Of a stretch of DNA of 64,000 bases, positions 44,571 through 54,268 are shown one piece after another. Each line of letters starts with the position of its first letter. Position 1 is the first letter of the stretch. Source of the stretch: a phage; the sequence record OZ556245.1, one strand, 5' to 3'. Below the pieces are notes generated by a model. It saw only the letters and a list, made by a program, of their open reading frames with translations. It was not told the origin of the DNA and did not search any database. The position numbers were made by a program, and so were the translations under genes.

Positions 44571-46388
44571 CTATTGGCTCATCCATTCTTTACGAAGGTC
44601 AGCATTATCTCCCATGAGCATTTCAAAAAGCTCTTTCCAGTTCTCAGGAAGTTTAACAACATCATATACTGGGTTTTGAATCATCTCACGGTATTCAGAT
44701 TTTTCCAAAGAGCCAAGTCCCTTAATATAACGGATGCTATGTTTAGGTAGAGCATCTTTGGCACTCTCATATTCAGCGACTGTATAAAACCATTCTTGTT
44801 TTTTACCGACCTGAGCGATGATTACAGGAGTTTTGACGAAGCGAATTCTTCCTTGTTCAAACAGTTCTGGCCAATTACTAAAAAATCCGAGCAGAGAAGG
44901 ATAAATGCTTCCTAGACCATCATGGTCGGCATCGGTCATAATTGCAATATTATGATAATTCAAGTTTTCAGCCTTTTCACCAAGAACTAATCCAGTGATT
45001 GCGCAAATATCAAACAGTTCTTTGTTTTTAAGCATATCAGCATATGACATACCCCAGCTGTTAAGAACTTTACCGCGTAATGGATAACCACCATGAAGTT
45101 CTTTATCACGAACATCAATAAGATATCCGATAGCCGAATCACCCTCAGTCAAGAAAAGAGTAGTGTCAGCATCTTTACCACAAAGATTCGCTTTAATATG
45201 TTTATGAACCTTAGCTTTAGAAGCCTTTTTAGCTGCTTTAGTTTCTGCTGCCTTTTCTGCAGCCAATTTACGAGCCAAAGCAGCTTCAATAATTGGCATT
45301 AAAATTGCTTCATTGTTTAAAATAGCGCGTGAAATCTTTTTAGCATCAAGCTGAATATGACTACGAATTTCACCAAATGGAGAAGTCAAACGCTCTTTAG
45401 TTTGAGAATCAAATCGCATGTTTTTCATATCACGAACAAACATGACGATAGTCAAACATTCTTTAACACGTGCTTTAGTTACATCAATTTTGAACTTGCG
45501 TTTGATTTGTGGAATAAGGTCTTCACAAATATCATCCATAACACAGTCAATGTGATGACCACCATTCTTAGTATGAATGTTATTAACGTATGTTAATTGA
45601 CGAAAACCATCCGGTGAACGACCAACCGCAATAGAACAATTTTCTTGTTCTTGAACAATAGCATGCTCATCATATTGGCGTGCGTATTTCTTAAAATTAC
45701 CCTGAACCTTTTTACCATTAAAGGTAAATTGAATATCAGGATAAACTACTGCAAGTGTCTGGAGACGATCTAGTGTAATGTCAAGATAAACTTGAGATAG
45801 CTCATTAGTTTCAAATGACATAAAATCAGGAATGAAAGTAACACGTGTTCCTTTCCATTTTCCAGGAATATCTTCCCATGATTTATTTTCCATGCCATTT
45901 GAACAACGAACTACAATATTATTTTGACCGTCGCCAGTTTCACCGATAAACATCACAGAAAAAATGTTAGTTAAACTAGAACCAACACCGTTCATACCGC
46001 CAGTGACGCGTTCTTTGTCATCACCAAAGTTACCACCTGCTTTTGGAATAGTCCAGGCAGCAACAGGACCAGGAATTTCTTCACCAGTAGGTGTTTTAAC
46101 CATCGCTTGTGGAATACCACGACCGTTATCTTCAACTGTTACTTGATTGTTTTTGATAGTAACATTAATTTTATTCGCGAATTTAAACTTAGTACGAATA
46201 CCTTCATCTACCGAGTTATCGATAATTTCATCAATAAGCTTAACAAGACCAGGTACATACTGAACACTTTCCCATTTACCAAACAGAAAGCGCTCATGCA
46301 TTTCATTAGCGGAAGAGCCAATGTACATGCCGCTACGCTTTTTGATATGTTCAATATCGCTCAGAATTTTAATTTCATTCTTAATCAT
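44571..46388 (-). CDS. 39: topoisomerase II large (ATPase) subunit, single uninterrupted ORF
   Basis: ~605 aa from MIKNEIKILSDIEHIKKRSGMYIGS; GyrB-like ATPase and TOPRIM regions in one frame. Confidence 0.9.
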   Translation of the reverse strand: MIKNEIKILSDIEHIKKRSGMYIGSSANEMHERFLFGKWESVQYVPGLVKLIDEIIDNSVDEGIRTKFKFANKINVTIKNNQVTVEDNGRGIPQAMVKTPTGEEIPGPVAAWTIPKAGGNFGDDKERVTGGMNGVGSSLTNIFSVMFIGETGDGQNNIVVRCSNGMENKSWEDIPGKWKGTRVTFIPDFMSFETNELSQVYLDITLDRLQTLAVVYPDIQFTFNGKKVQGNFKKYARQYDEHAIVQEQENCSIAVGRSPDGFRQLTYVNNIHTKNGGHHIDCVMDDICEDLIPQIKRKFKIDVTKARVKECLTIVMFVRDMKNMRFDSQTKERLTSPFGEIRSHIQLDAKKISRAILNNEAILMPIIEAALARKLAAEKAAETKAAKKASKAKVHKHIKANLCGKDADTTLFLTEGDSAIGYLIDVRDKELHGGYPLRGKVLNSWGMSYADMLKNKELFDICAITGLVLGEKAENLNYHNIAIMTDADHDGLGSIYPSLLGFFSNWPELFEQGRIRFVKTPVIIAQVGKKQEWFYTVAEYESAKDALPKHSIRYIKGLGSLEKSEYREMIQNPVYDVVKLPENWKELFEMLMGDNADLRKEWMSQ

Positions 46389-46457
46389 CACTTATCCTCG
46401 TTTGGTTTCGGGAATATTATACTCCGGTAATCATAAAGCTAAAGGCCCGAAGGCCTT

Positions 46458-46727
46458 TTATTTAAAACGGATAGTCGAATCCTTGAAGAATAGACCAGAA
46501 CACACGGTTCCTTCTACTTTCTGCCCAGTAGGTCCAATAGCACGAAATCCAGTATGTTGAAAATCATTTTCAGAGCAACCGAACCAGTTGTATCCAGTGA
46601 TTTCAATATTAGTAAAACCACTTGAAGACAAAACTTTGGTTGCATTATCAGCATCAGTACATCCTGCTAAAGACACTGCTAATACTAATGCTGCGATAGA
46701 ACGATTAATATATTTCATAGTTTTCAC
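46458..46727 (-). CDS. small lipoprotein
   Basis: 89-aa ORF with signal peptide and lipobox (LAGCT). Confidence 0.5.
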   Translation of the reverse strand: MKTMKYINRSIAALVLAVSLAGCTDADNATKVLSSSGFTNIEITGYNWFGCSENDFQHTGFRAIGPTGQKVEGTVCSGLFFKDSTIRFK

Positions 46728-47101
46728 TTAAATTTAATGGCTTGAAGGAGACTAATAATTCTCAAGCGACTTCTTTCATCTTTAACTGTAAATGAAAGAG
46801 GGTCACCAGATTTCATAGTGATAGTGCATTCAAAATCAAAACCTTCGGGGACTTCTTCGAATAGGTCAAATTCTTCATCATATATTAGAACATTACTCTG
46901 AAAACTGTGAAGAATTTTTCCATCATTTCCAGATGCTGTACTAATCATTGTAACATTATGGCCTTTCATATCTTCAACGATAAATTCGCTTGTAGATATT
47001 ACGGCATTAATAGAACCATTCCTATAAATAGAAGAAAGTAGATATTTCTTTTCTTCACCTTCGCGAACACGATATTTCTTACCGATTTTAAACATAATCA
47101 C
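46724..47101 (-). CDS. hypothetical protein
   Basis: 125-aa ORF. Confidence 0.5.
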   Translation of the reverse strand: MIMFKIGKKYRVREGEEKKYLLSSIYRNGSINAVISTSEFIVEDMKGHNVTMISTASGNDGKILHSFQSNVLIYDEEFDLFEEVPEGFDFECTITMKSGDPLSFTVKDERSRLRIISLLQAIKFK

Positions 47102-47130
47102 CCTTTAAGTAAGTCGTAAAAACCACCATT

Positions 47131-47274
47131 CACATGCTTAGGAGCAGAAGGCCGACGAGTAGACAGACGATGACATTTAGGGCAAACATCATTTTCTCGT
47201 TCAGAAATCTTTTTAATTTTTTCATATTCATGCCCACAATCTTCGGATTGGCATTTATAATCATACATTGGCAT
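47131..47274 (-). CDS. small membrane protein (~47 aa)
   Basis: Hand translation MPMYDYKCQSEDCGHEYEKLKRFLNEKMMFALNVIVCLLVGLLLLSM; coordinates approximate. Confidence 0.3.
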
Positions 47275-47276
47275 AA

Positions 47277-47696
47277 TTATTCCTTAAAGTGTGCTTTCAA
47301 CATCTGATACAAGGACCATGCCTGTTCATTATTTTCAATAGTGACTTTCATTACCGGGAATTCTGTGAAATCTTCTATTTGTTCTTGCTCTTCCTGCTCT
47401 TGTTCTTCAGCAGCCTGATATGGATTTTCCACTTCATCAAAGAATTCAGCTTCATTCGATGAAAGCCAAATAAAATCTTCATCCAAAATATCTTTACCAG
47501 AAGATAGTACTAAATTTCCAGCAAATGACATAATTTTAATAGGACGCCCAAGAGCATCCACATCTAAAATTTTAAAAGGATGCATACCTAAACGCCGCGC
47601 ATAGATTCCGTTATCAGTATGGTCTTTAATAAAATTTTCTTGAGCTTGTTTATTTTTAAATTGATACCATTTATTAACTTCAAATTTAATAGCCAT
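47277..47696 (-). CDS. hypothetical protein with acidic Glu/Gln-rich segment (goF position)
   Basis: 139-aa ORF; position between gene 39 block and motB. Confidence 0.45.
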   Translation of the reverse strand: MAIKFEVNKWYQFKNKQAQENFIKDHTDNGIYARRLGMHPFKILDVDALGRPIKIMSFAGNLVLSSGKDILDEDFIWLSSNEAEFFDEVENPYQAAEEQEQEEQEQIEDFTEFPVMKVTIENNEQAWSLYQMLKAHFKE

Positions 47697-47911
47697 TAAT
47701 AAATTTCCTTCCAGTAAGTTGTACCGTCTTCAGTGATTTCACGAAATACACCGTAAATTGGTTGTTTATCCCCAACCTTTTCATACACATAAACCGAAGT
47801 CAAGTGAGTAAACTTAGCAGTGTGTTCCTTTTGAACTACTACCAAATCTGGATCGAATAACACATCTTCAAATTCGTCATTAGTGCAGTTCTGAACAATT
47901 TTACGTTTCAT
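47696..47911 (-). CDS. hypothetical protein (cef position)
   Basis: 71-aa ORF. Confidence 0.4.
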   Translation of the reverse strand: MKRKIVQNCTNDEFEDVLFDPDLVVVQKEHTAKFTHLTSVYVYEKVGDKQPIYGVFREITEDGTTYWKEIY

Positions 47912-48082
47912 TACAATTTCCTCATTAATTGAACATTGGAGCGATGCGTTTCAGAAGAGTAGCAGCACCTTTGGCAAATTTTCCATTTTATTCTCCAAGT
48001 TATTTTCTGTATCAGTAGTTGATATTGATATAGTACCATAATCAACTACTGATGTATATAGTTTTATGAAAAATTTTAAACT

Positions 48083-48574
48083 TTATGCATAGCGAGCTTT
48101 GCTATAGTGTTTAATCCAACTTTCAGGAATGACTTTGTATGTTCCTAAAAATACCACATTGTACAACTTAACGCCATCTTCTACCCATTGATCTGTAATG
48201 TATGCACACATAGCGCGAGTACGATGAGGAAGTGGTTGTCCACCTTCAGTAAATTCAAACTCATAAGGAGCAACGAACTTAATAGCTTGACCGAGTTTCC
48301 ACTTAAAGTCTACACCTACATGCGAAGTATCAATCGTTTCAATTCCTTTAGCAGGAACAGCTTTCAAAAACGCAGATTCAAGAAATTTCGCGCGAACATA
48401 ACCAAACTGAGGTTTAGACTTTCCATCTTTAGGAATGATACGAACTTTTACTTCAGAATCTTCATCTTTAACACCATGCTTAAGCTGAATGCTTACAATT
48501 TCGACCAATTTTCCTGCTGCTTTAGAACGGGATTTATCAGATACACGAGCTAATTCACCAATATTAATAATCAT
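48083..48574 (-). CDS. motB: MotB-like protein
   Basis: 163-aa ORF; length and position consistent with T4 MotB; preceded by early promoter. Confidence 0.55.
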   Translation of the reverse strand: MIINIGELARVSDKSRSKAAGKLVEIVSIQLKHGVKDEDSEVKVRIIPKDGKSKPQFGYVRAKFLESAFLKAVPAKGIETIDTSHVGVDFKWKLGQAIKFVAPYEFEFTEGGQPLPHRTRAMCAYITDQWVEDGVKLYNVVFLGTYKVIPESWIKHYSKARYA

Positions 48575-48650
48575 AGTTATCTCTCACTTGTTAAAAAGAT
48601 TTTATACTCCGCGGGACCATTATACTCTGGTCCCAAGAGTTTGTAAACTA

Positions 48651-49190
48651 TTAATTCAAAATAGCTACCACCGCACTACGAGGTACTACACTAAAATCAC
48701 CTGCATGAACAACGTTCAGAAGTTCAACACCATCTTCAATCCACTGGTCTGTTACCCAACCACAGACCGAAACAAATGGGGTCTTGATAGCTACAGCACA
48801 AGTCAAAAGGTCAGTAGGATCGCATTCTTGAAAGAGGATAAGCTCTGCTTCAAAGACTATAGTTTTAATTACTTCATCATTATCTAAGCGTTGTGCTCGA
48901 ATCACATAAGCTTTATTCTTATCATGCCAATTACTTTTTGAAAAACTTTTAACCACAAACTCGCCTTCACCAAAAACACTAGTCAATGCTTTATAACCCA
49001 AACTTAGTTCAGTAGTTTTAATTTCAGTTTCAACCAGTTTGTAGGTTTTGCCGATTTCAATAGCGGTAGTCATAGTAGGTTCCTTAATTTCTAGTGGTTT
49101 AACAGGGCATACATAAGTGCTTACAACATCAAAATCAATCAGTTTAGCTACCGGATTTGGTGTGTATTCAGGATTATAATTAAATTTCAT
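48651..49190 (-). CDS. paralog of the adjacent MotB-like protein
   Basis: 179-aa ORF sharing a C-terminal motif (VTDQWIEDGVELLNVV vs ITDQWVEDGVKLYNVV). Confidence 0.5.
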   Translation of the reverse strand: MKFNYNPEYTPNPVAKLIDFDVVSTYVCPVKPLEIKEPTMTTAIEIGKTYKLVETEIKTTELSLGYKALTSVFGEGEFVVKSFSKSNWHDKNKAYVIRAQRLDNDEVIKTIVFEAELILFQECDPTDLLTCAVAIKTPFVSVCGWVTDQWIEDGVELLNVVHAGDFSVVPRSAVVAILN

Positions 49191-49192
49191 AA

Positions 49193-49732
49193 TTATCTCA
49201 TTTCAATAAAATCTATAAGTTCAGCATGGGATTTACGGAACATTACTTGATGTCCGCCAATGATAACTTGGTCATCTGGCACTTCGTATACAGCAAGATA
49301 AAATCCTTTAGAAGATAATTCTTCACGCTCTTCTCGTGTGAACCATCTCATCATATCATATTCACTAGCGAAAGCAAAATGATAAAGAGCTATAAACCAT
49401 CCTGGAATATGATATTCTACTCCAACATAATCTTTCTTGAACTTAGTATTAATTACTATATTAGCGTTTTTAACTAATAGTTTATCTTCATGTGGTACAG
49501 GAATTCTTTTATTATCATCGCTATGATGCATAAAATTAGGTCTACTATAACCTACACGTAATAGCCACTCTTCGCTCCATGAATCTATTATACTCCTGTA
49601 CGGCGTTATTTGAACACAAAGATTTCGACGTATTGTTATAGCATCTTCATAATCAAGAATACTAAACGATGATTCAACACGATAAATTTTCATTTTATTA
49701 TCCTCAGTAGCTATGGTGTTATAATACCACAA
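49193..49732 (-). CDS. hypothetical protein
   Basis: 179-aa ORF preceded by early promoter. Confidence 0.5.
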   Translation of the reverse strand: MWYYNTIATEDNKMKIYRVESSFSILDYEDAITIRRNLCVQITPYRSIIDSWSEEWLLRVGYSRPNFMHHSDDNKRIPVPHEDKLLVKNANIVINTKFKKDYVGVEYHIPGWFIALYHFAFASEYDMMRWFTREEREELSSKGFYLAVYEVPDDQVIIGGHQVMFRKSHAELIDFIEMR

Positions 49733-49756
49733 CTAACCGAGGAAGTAAACAACTTT

Positions 49757-50440
49757 TTATCGTTTTGTTGGAAGAGACAGAGGATCGCACTCTTCCTCTG
49801 ACGGAGCATCTTCAAGACCCATAGCATATCGCAAAGCATACTTCATCATCAGGATGTCTTTCGCACAGTCATGAATAGAATCATGCGCAACGAATCCGTC
49901 TAAAGTTCCCTTTGGAAGAGGACATGTAGTCATATCACGAACAAGCAGAAGTGCTTCAATTCTGGTACGAATATCACGCTGATTCCAGAATTTACATGGT
50001 TCTAACTTAAATGTATCAAGCTCATTCTCAGAAACGCCGTTAAAACGTTGAATATCACGAATGAGATCGACTAAAATTGGAAAATCAAACGACATTCCAC
50101 GGCACCAGCCTTGAGATTTCCAAGGATCAATGTTATGTGCATTGATGTAATCATTAAATTTTGCAATACCGTCGATAGTGCTTACATCTTCATCTGATGG
50201 CGCAATATTTTTTCGAGCTTCAGGAGATTGATTTTTCCACCATTCGATAGTGCTTTTAGTAAAAAGACGATGTCCTTTTTGGCTTTTTAAATCAAACTTG
50301 ATTTTAATGCCGCGTGAAACTAATTCATCAAATGTTTCAACTACTTCTGGGTTAGGATCAAAGGCAATAACAGCTAAGTCAATAACAGCTGCTTTTTCAC
50401 CGCTTCCCATTGTTTCAAAATCTATAATAAAATCAAACAT
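49757..50440 (-). CDS. dexA: exonuclease A (DnaQ-like 3'-5' exonuclease)
   Basis: 227-aa ORF with FDFETMG-type Exo I motif; length as T4 DexA. Confidence 0.85.
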   Translation of the reverse strand: MFDFIIDFETMGSGEKAAVIDLAVIAFDPNPEVVETFDELVSRGIKIKFDLKSQKGHRLFTKSTIEWWKNQSPEARKNIAPSDEDVSTIDGIAKFNDYINAHNIDPWKSQGWCRGMSFDFPILVDLIRDIQRFNGVSENELDTFKLEPCKFWNQRDIRTRIEALLLVRDMTTCPLPKGTLDGFVAHDSIHDCAKDILMMKYALRYAMGLEDAPSEEECDPLSLPTKR

Positions 50441-50715
50441 TAAATTTTCCTCGCTAAATCGCGAATTTGACCTACAGTATAATCTTGGATATAAACTTTA
50501 TTAACGGGCTCATCAATAAATTTTGCCATAGATTCAATATCTTTTTGTATCTCTTCAAGACTGTATACTATCTTTAAAGCTTTTTCGCGAATAGTAACAT
50601 TATCAGGTCCTGGATTTTCTTGAATGACAGCTTTAACATTTGCCATAAGAGATTTAAACTGATGCAAACTCAATTCAATCATTAATAACCGCCTTATAAA
50701 GATGGCTAATTTCAC
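50440..50715 (-). CDS. small paralogous protein A
   Basis: 91-aa ORF; alignable to the two neighbours. Confidence 0.45.
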   Translation of the reverse strand: MKLAIFIRRLLMIELSLHQFKSLMANVKAVIQENPGPDNVTIREKALKIVYSLEEIQKDIESMAKFIDEPVNKVYIQDYTVGQIRDLARKI

Positions 50716-50935
50716 CTAAAATATAATCACTGATTGTAACAGTTTTCACTTCACCGCAAAAGAATTCTAACGCAATCAAATCTCGTTCAATTTCTTCCAA
50801 TTGAAGCATTAACTTGCCTGATTCAATTTTTACATTTGTACGATTTTTACTATAAGCTATTTCATAAATTTCGCTCACTTTATCTTGAAGCAGATAAAAC
50901 TGGTCTTTAGTTATTTCCACGAATAGCTTCCTCAA
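50675..50935 (-). CDS. small paralogous protein B
   Basis: 86-aa ORF; shares LEEI..D...V.I.DY..G.I pattern with A. Confidence 0.45.
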   Translation of the reverse strand: MRKLFVEITKDQFYLLQDKVSEIYEIAYSKNRTNVKIESGKLMLQLEEIERDLIALEFFCGEVKTVTISDYILGEISHLYKAVIND

Positions 50936-51167
50936 ATTTAATTAGTAATTTACAGACACTTTCATCTAGCGTAATTACCGTATCTGTATTACTGTGATAT
51001 GATTGTTTTTCAATTCGTTTAATTGCTAGTATAGTATCACTTATAAGATTAAGCTTATAAAGGAGCTCAGCTCCTGTTACCATAACACTGAGGTTATCTT
51101 GCTTATCAGTGTGCTTCTTTATACCATCTATTAGACGATTTAAATATTTTGAATTGATGTTAATCAT
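50907..51167 (-). CDS. small paralogous protein C
   Basis: 86-aa ORF; weaker similarity to A and B. Confidence 0.4.
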   Translation of the reverse strand: MININSKYLNRLIDGIKKHTDKQDNLSVMVTGAELLYKLNLISDTILAIKRIEKQSYHSNTDTVITLDESVCKLLIKFEEAIRGNN

Positions 51168-51173
51168 ATATCC

Positions 51174-52493
51174 TCACACATAAAACACATCATAACGACC
51201 ACGAGTGACACCAACATAAAGAAGCTGCTGAGCCAATTCAGCGTCTGCATAATGAATACAAGGCGTATAGATGAAAGCACGGTCTACAGACATACCCTGC
51301 GCTTTATGGAACGTTGATGCAGGAAGTGCTTTCACTTTACTAAACTGTGATTTAGCATCCCAAAAATCACTCCACGGAGCTTTTCCACCTTTATTCCAAT
51401 TTTTATAAGTTTCTGCTGTTTTACCTAAAAATAGGTTAAACTTATACAGCTCTTCATCAGATGAAATTATTTTAATCTTTTCACGATAATATTCATCATC
51501 GCCGTAAGTTTCTACTGTTAAATCCCAATGACGAATTAGATATTCTCCAGAAACACCACGAGCTTTAACAAATGTTGATGTATACTCTGCTTCTATAATA
51601 CGAACTAATTGTCCGTTATTAAAAATAATTTCTGACACAGGCTTTCCATCAATTTTATATGTTTTAATTAATGGTTCCTGCATTACAATAATTTCACCAA
51701 CGATAAAATCTTTATCAGTTTCAAAAATCTTTTTGCGAATAATGCTATTTAACTTATCAACAGATTTATTCGTAAATGCCATTACGCGATTTTCAAACAA
51801 ATCATCTAGTGATTTTACGATTGAAAAATAATTTACCATAAAATCGCGTAAAGCGGTATCACCAGTAAATCCACGTACTCCATGGCCGTCAACAACTTTA
51901 TCATAAATCCACTTACCGTTGCGAACATCAGTAGCTACATCAATAATAGGAGCATTACTGCGTTTAACTTCAGTGAGTTCACACTGATAAAAATCTTTAT
52001 GTGTAAAGAATGGACTGATATAAGCAGTGTTTTCTCCTGGGTCAACAGGTCTAATTTGCTTATTATCCCCTATTCCAATTATAGTACACCATGGCGGGAT
52101 AGTTGAAAGTAGAATTTTGAATAGCTTTCTATCATACATTGACACTTCGTCGCAGATTAATACTCTGCATTTAGCTAAATCCGGTACTTCTTTTTGTTCA
52201 AAAAGAACGTTTTCTTCATATGTTACTGGGTTAATTTTAAGAATACTGTGAATAGTACTCGCTTCTTTCCCTGACAGTTTTGAAAGAATCTTTTTAGCTG
52301 CATGTGTAGGAGCTGCTAAAATAATGCCAGTTTCGCCTGTAGATATTAAGGCTTCAATGATAAACTTGGTAAGAGTAGTCTTACCAGTACCGGCAGGTCC
52401 ATTAATAGTCACATGATGTTTCTTTTCTTTGATAGCCCTCATAACAATGTTAAAGGCATTTTTCTGACCTTCGGTCAAATCATCAAATGTCAT
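51174..52493 (-). CDS. dda: Dda DNA helicase (SF1B)
   Basis: 439-aa ORF, Walker A GPAGTGKTT; length as T4 Dda. Confidence 0.93.
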   Translation of the reverse strand: MTFDDLTEGQKNAFNIVMRAIKEKKHHVTINGPAGTGKTTLTKFIIEALISTGETGIILAAPTHAAKKILSKLSGKEASTIHSILKINPVTYEENVLFEQKEVPDLAKCRVLICDEVSMYDRKLFKILLSTIPPWCTIIGIGDNKQIRPVDPGENTAYISPFFTHKDFYQCELTEVKRSNAPIIDVATDVRNGKWIYDKVVDGHGVRGFTGDTALRDFMVNYFSIVKSLDDLFENRVMAFTNKSVDKLNSIIRKKIFETDKDFIVGEIIVMQEPLIKTYKIDGKPVSEIIFNNGQLVRIIEAEYTSTFVKARGVSGEYLIRHWDLTVETYGDDEYYREKIKIISSDEELYKFNLFLGKTAETYKNWNKGGKAPWSDFWDAKSQFSKVKALPASTFHKAQGMSVDRAFIYTPCIHYADAELAQQLLYVGVTRGRYDVFYV

Positions 52494-52801
52494 CGTAAAT
52501 TCCCTGCAATTGGTATACTAACAATACGCCCAGTATCTAAAATTCGCCGATATAATCTTTGTGTGTCTACATCAGGCTTAACACGTTTAACTTCTATTTT
52601 ATTAAACCAAAACTTGCGTGGAGTCTCAACTAATCTCGGAATTCCCATACCTAAAGCTAGTCGATACTGCTCTTTAAGAGTAGTAAATACTTTATCAGCA
52701 ATCTCCCTTTCAAAAAATACAGCAGGGCGATGTTCATCAAGCGGAACTGGCGCCGTAAATCCATCTTTATCTCTATAAACTATCGCATATACATAAAACA
52801 T
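52490..52801 (-). CDS. hypothetical protein
   Basis: 103-aa ORF. Confidence 0.5.
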   Translation of the reverse strand: MFYVYAIVYRDKDGFTAPVPLDEHRPAVFFEREIADKVFTTLKEQYRLALGMGIPRLVETPRKFWFNKIEVKRVKPDVDTQRLYRRILDTGRIVSIPIAGNLR

Positions 52802-52802
52802 A

Positions 52803-53549
52803 TTATCCTCGGATAAGTTTAAAAATTGAACAATTTAGCGGGTATCCTCTTTTCAGTTTAAGTTTATCAATAAAAGACAAGTTTTGATACCGCTCTACAC
52901 CTTGAATAATTTTATCACACATATCATATTGCATTTCTGCTTCTGACAACTTTTTCACAGTTTTCCAATCCGAGCCTTTAAGAAGAACGTTCAATTTAAC
53001 AACTTCAGCGCCTTCTGCTATACGAGAACCATCAATACGAGCTTTGAGTGCTACAATCGTTAGCTTAATATCAGAGGTTTGTTTTGATTTAGAAAGCTGA
53101 GAAATGTGTTCAATTCTGTTTTCACGTTTTTTCTGTATAGCTTTAATTTGATTATAAGTCTTTTTGATTTTAGCCCATTTCTTTTCATCTAAATTTAATT
53201 TATGAACTTTTTTCGCAGATGAACGACCAATTCGCAAAGCAAATAAATCACGCTTTTCAATCAACTCTTCTAAAGTATAATCAGAACGAAATGTATTGTA
53301 CTTTTTCTTTACTGCAATAACATTCCCTTTAATGTATCCAACGTTATTATCAAAACGTTCTAATGATAATTTCTCTCCTTCAATATGGTTATCAAAAGGT
53401 TCTCCCGAGTAAGCGCAAACTTTCTGATCTAAAATGTTCTTAATGTAATTGAAGTCTAAGTTAAAATCTTTAGAACGTCTTTTGGCAGATGCCTGAGTGT
53501 GCTCTAGACGACGTGTAATTTTACGAATTTGATTTTTAGACAGTTTCAT
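52803..53549 (-). CDS. srd: Srd-like protein
   Basis: 248-aa basic ORF; length and position as T4 srd. Confidence 0.6.
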   Translation of the reverse strand: MKLSKNQIRKITRRLEHTQASAKRRSKDFNLDFNYIKNILDQKVCAYSGEPFDNHIEGEKLSLERFDNNVGYIKGNVIAVKKKYNTFRSDYTLEELIEKRDLFALRIGRSSAKKVHKLNLDEKKWAKIKKTYNQIKAIQKKRENRIEHISQLSKSKQTSDIKLTIVALKARIDGSRIAEGAEVVKLNVLLKGSDWKTVKKLSEAEMQYDMCDKIIQGVERYQNLSFIDKLKLKRGYPLNCSIFKLIRG

Positions 53550-53665
53550 ATTTTTCTCACGGACGGGTTAACTACTTATACTATAACATTTTTACTTCAG
53601 TTTGTAAACAACTTTATGAAAAATGCTTTAAAACTTTCGTGGTATAATGAATCTAAGTCCTTCCA

Positions 53666-54268
53666 TTATAGATTAAATCCTTCAAAATCAAGAGTATAGA
53701 TAGTGTATGTTGAATACTTTTTATACTCGTATCTATCCGCAATTCTAAATACACTTCCAGCTGGTATCATTACTTCTTGTTCATCTGAAACTAATTCCAT
53801 ATTACGATAGCGATGGCTATCTGGAAACTTAAAACTTGGACTATATTCTTTACAGCGTAGAGCTTTTATAGCATACTCCTGGAAATTAAACACCATAGGA
53901 GCTTTGAATTCAAAAATAACTTGTGTATTGTATTCTAATCCAGAAGCAAAATGTAGAGCTATATTTTTATCATATGAAGCTGATACTACTTTATCAAATG
54001 TAATAATATCAATTCCTTGATTTAACACCTGTTTAGTCTCAACTGGAACACCTCTCCAAAGAGGTTTATCGTTTGGTTCCAAACGAGATTTGATTATTTC
54101 ATTTAACCAAGAATGATCGTCTGGTTTATTAGTAATACAATGAATTAAAAGTTCAATTTCAGATAAATTAAATCCTTCGGAAAGTAATTCTTCACGAATA
54201 GAAGCACGCACCGATGCATCCATTGATTTGATTTTAAAATCTTTTAATTGCATTGCTGAATATTTCAT
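53666..54268 (-). CDS. modA: ADP-ribosyltransferase ModA-like
   Basis: 200-aa ORF, tandem with a paralog; lengths match T4 ModA/ModB. Confidence 0.7.
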   Translation of the reverse strand: MKYSAMQLKDFKIKSMDASVRASIREELLSEGFNLSEIELLIHCITNKPDDHSWLNEIIKSRLEPNDKPLWRGVPVETKQVLNQGIDIITFDKVVSASYDKNIALHFASGLEYNTQVIFEFKAPMVFNFQEYAIKALRCKEYSPSFKFPDSHRYRNMELVSDEQEVMIPAGSVFRIADRYEYKKYSTYTIYTLDFEGFNL

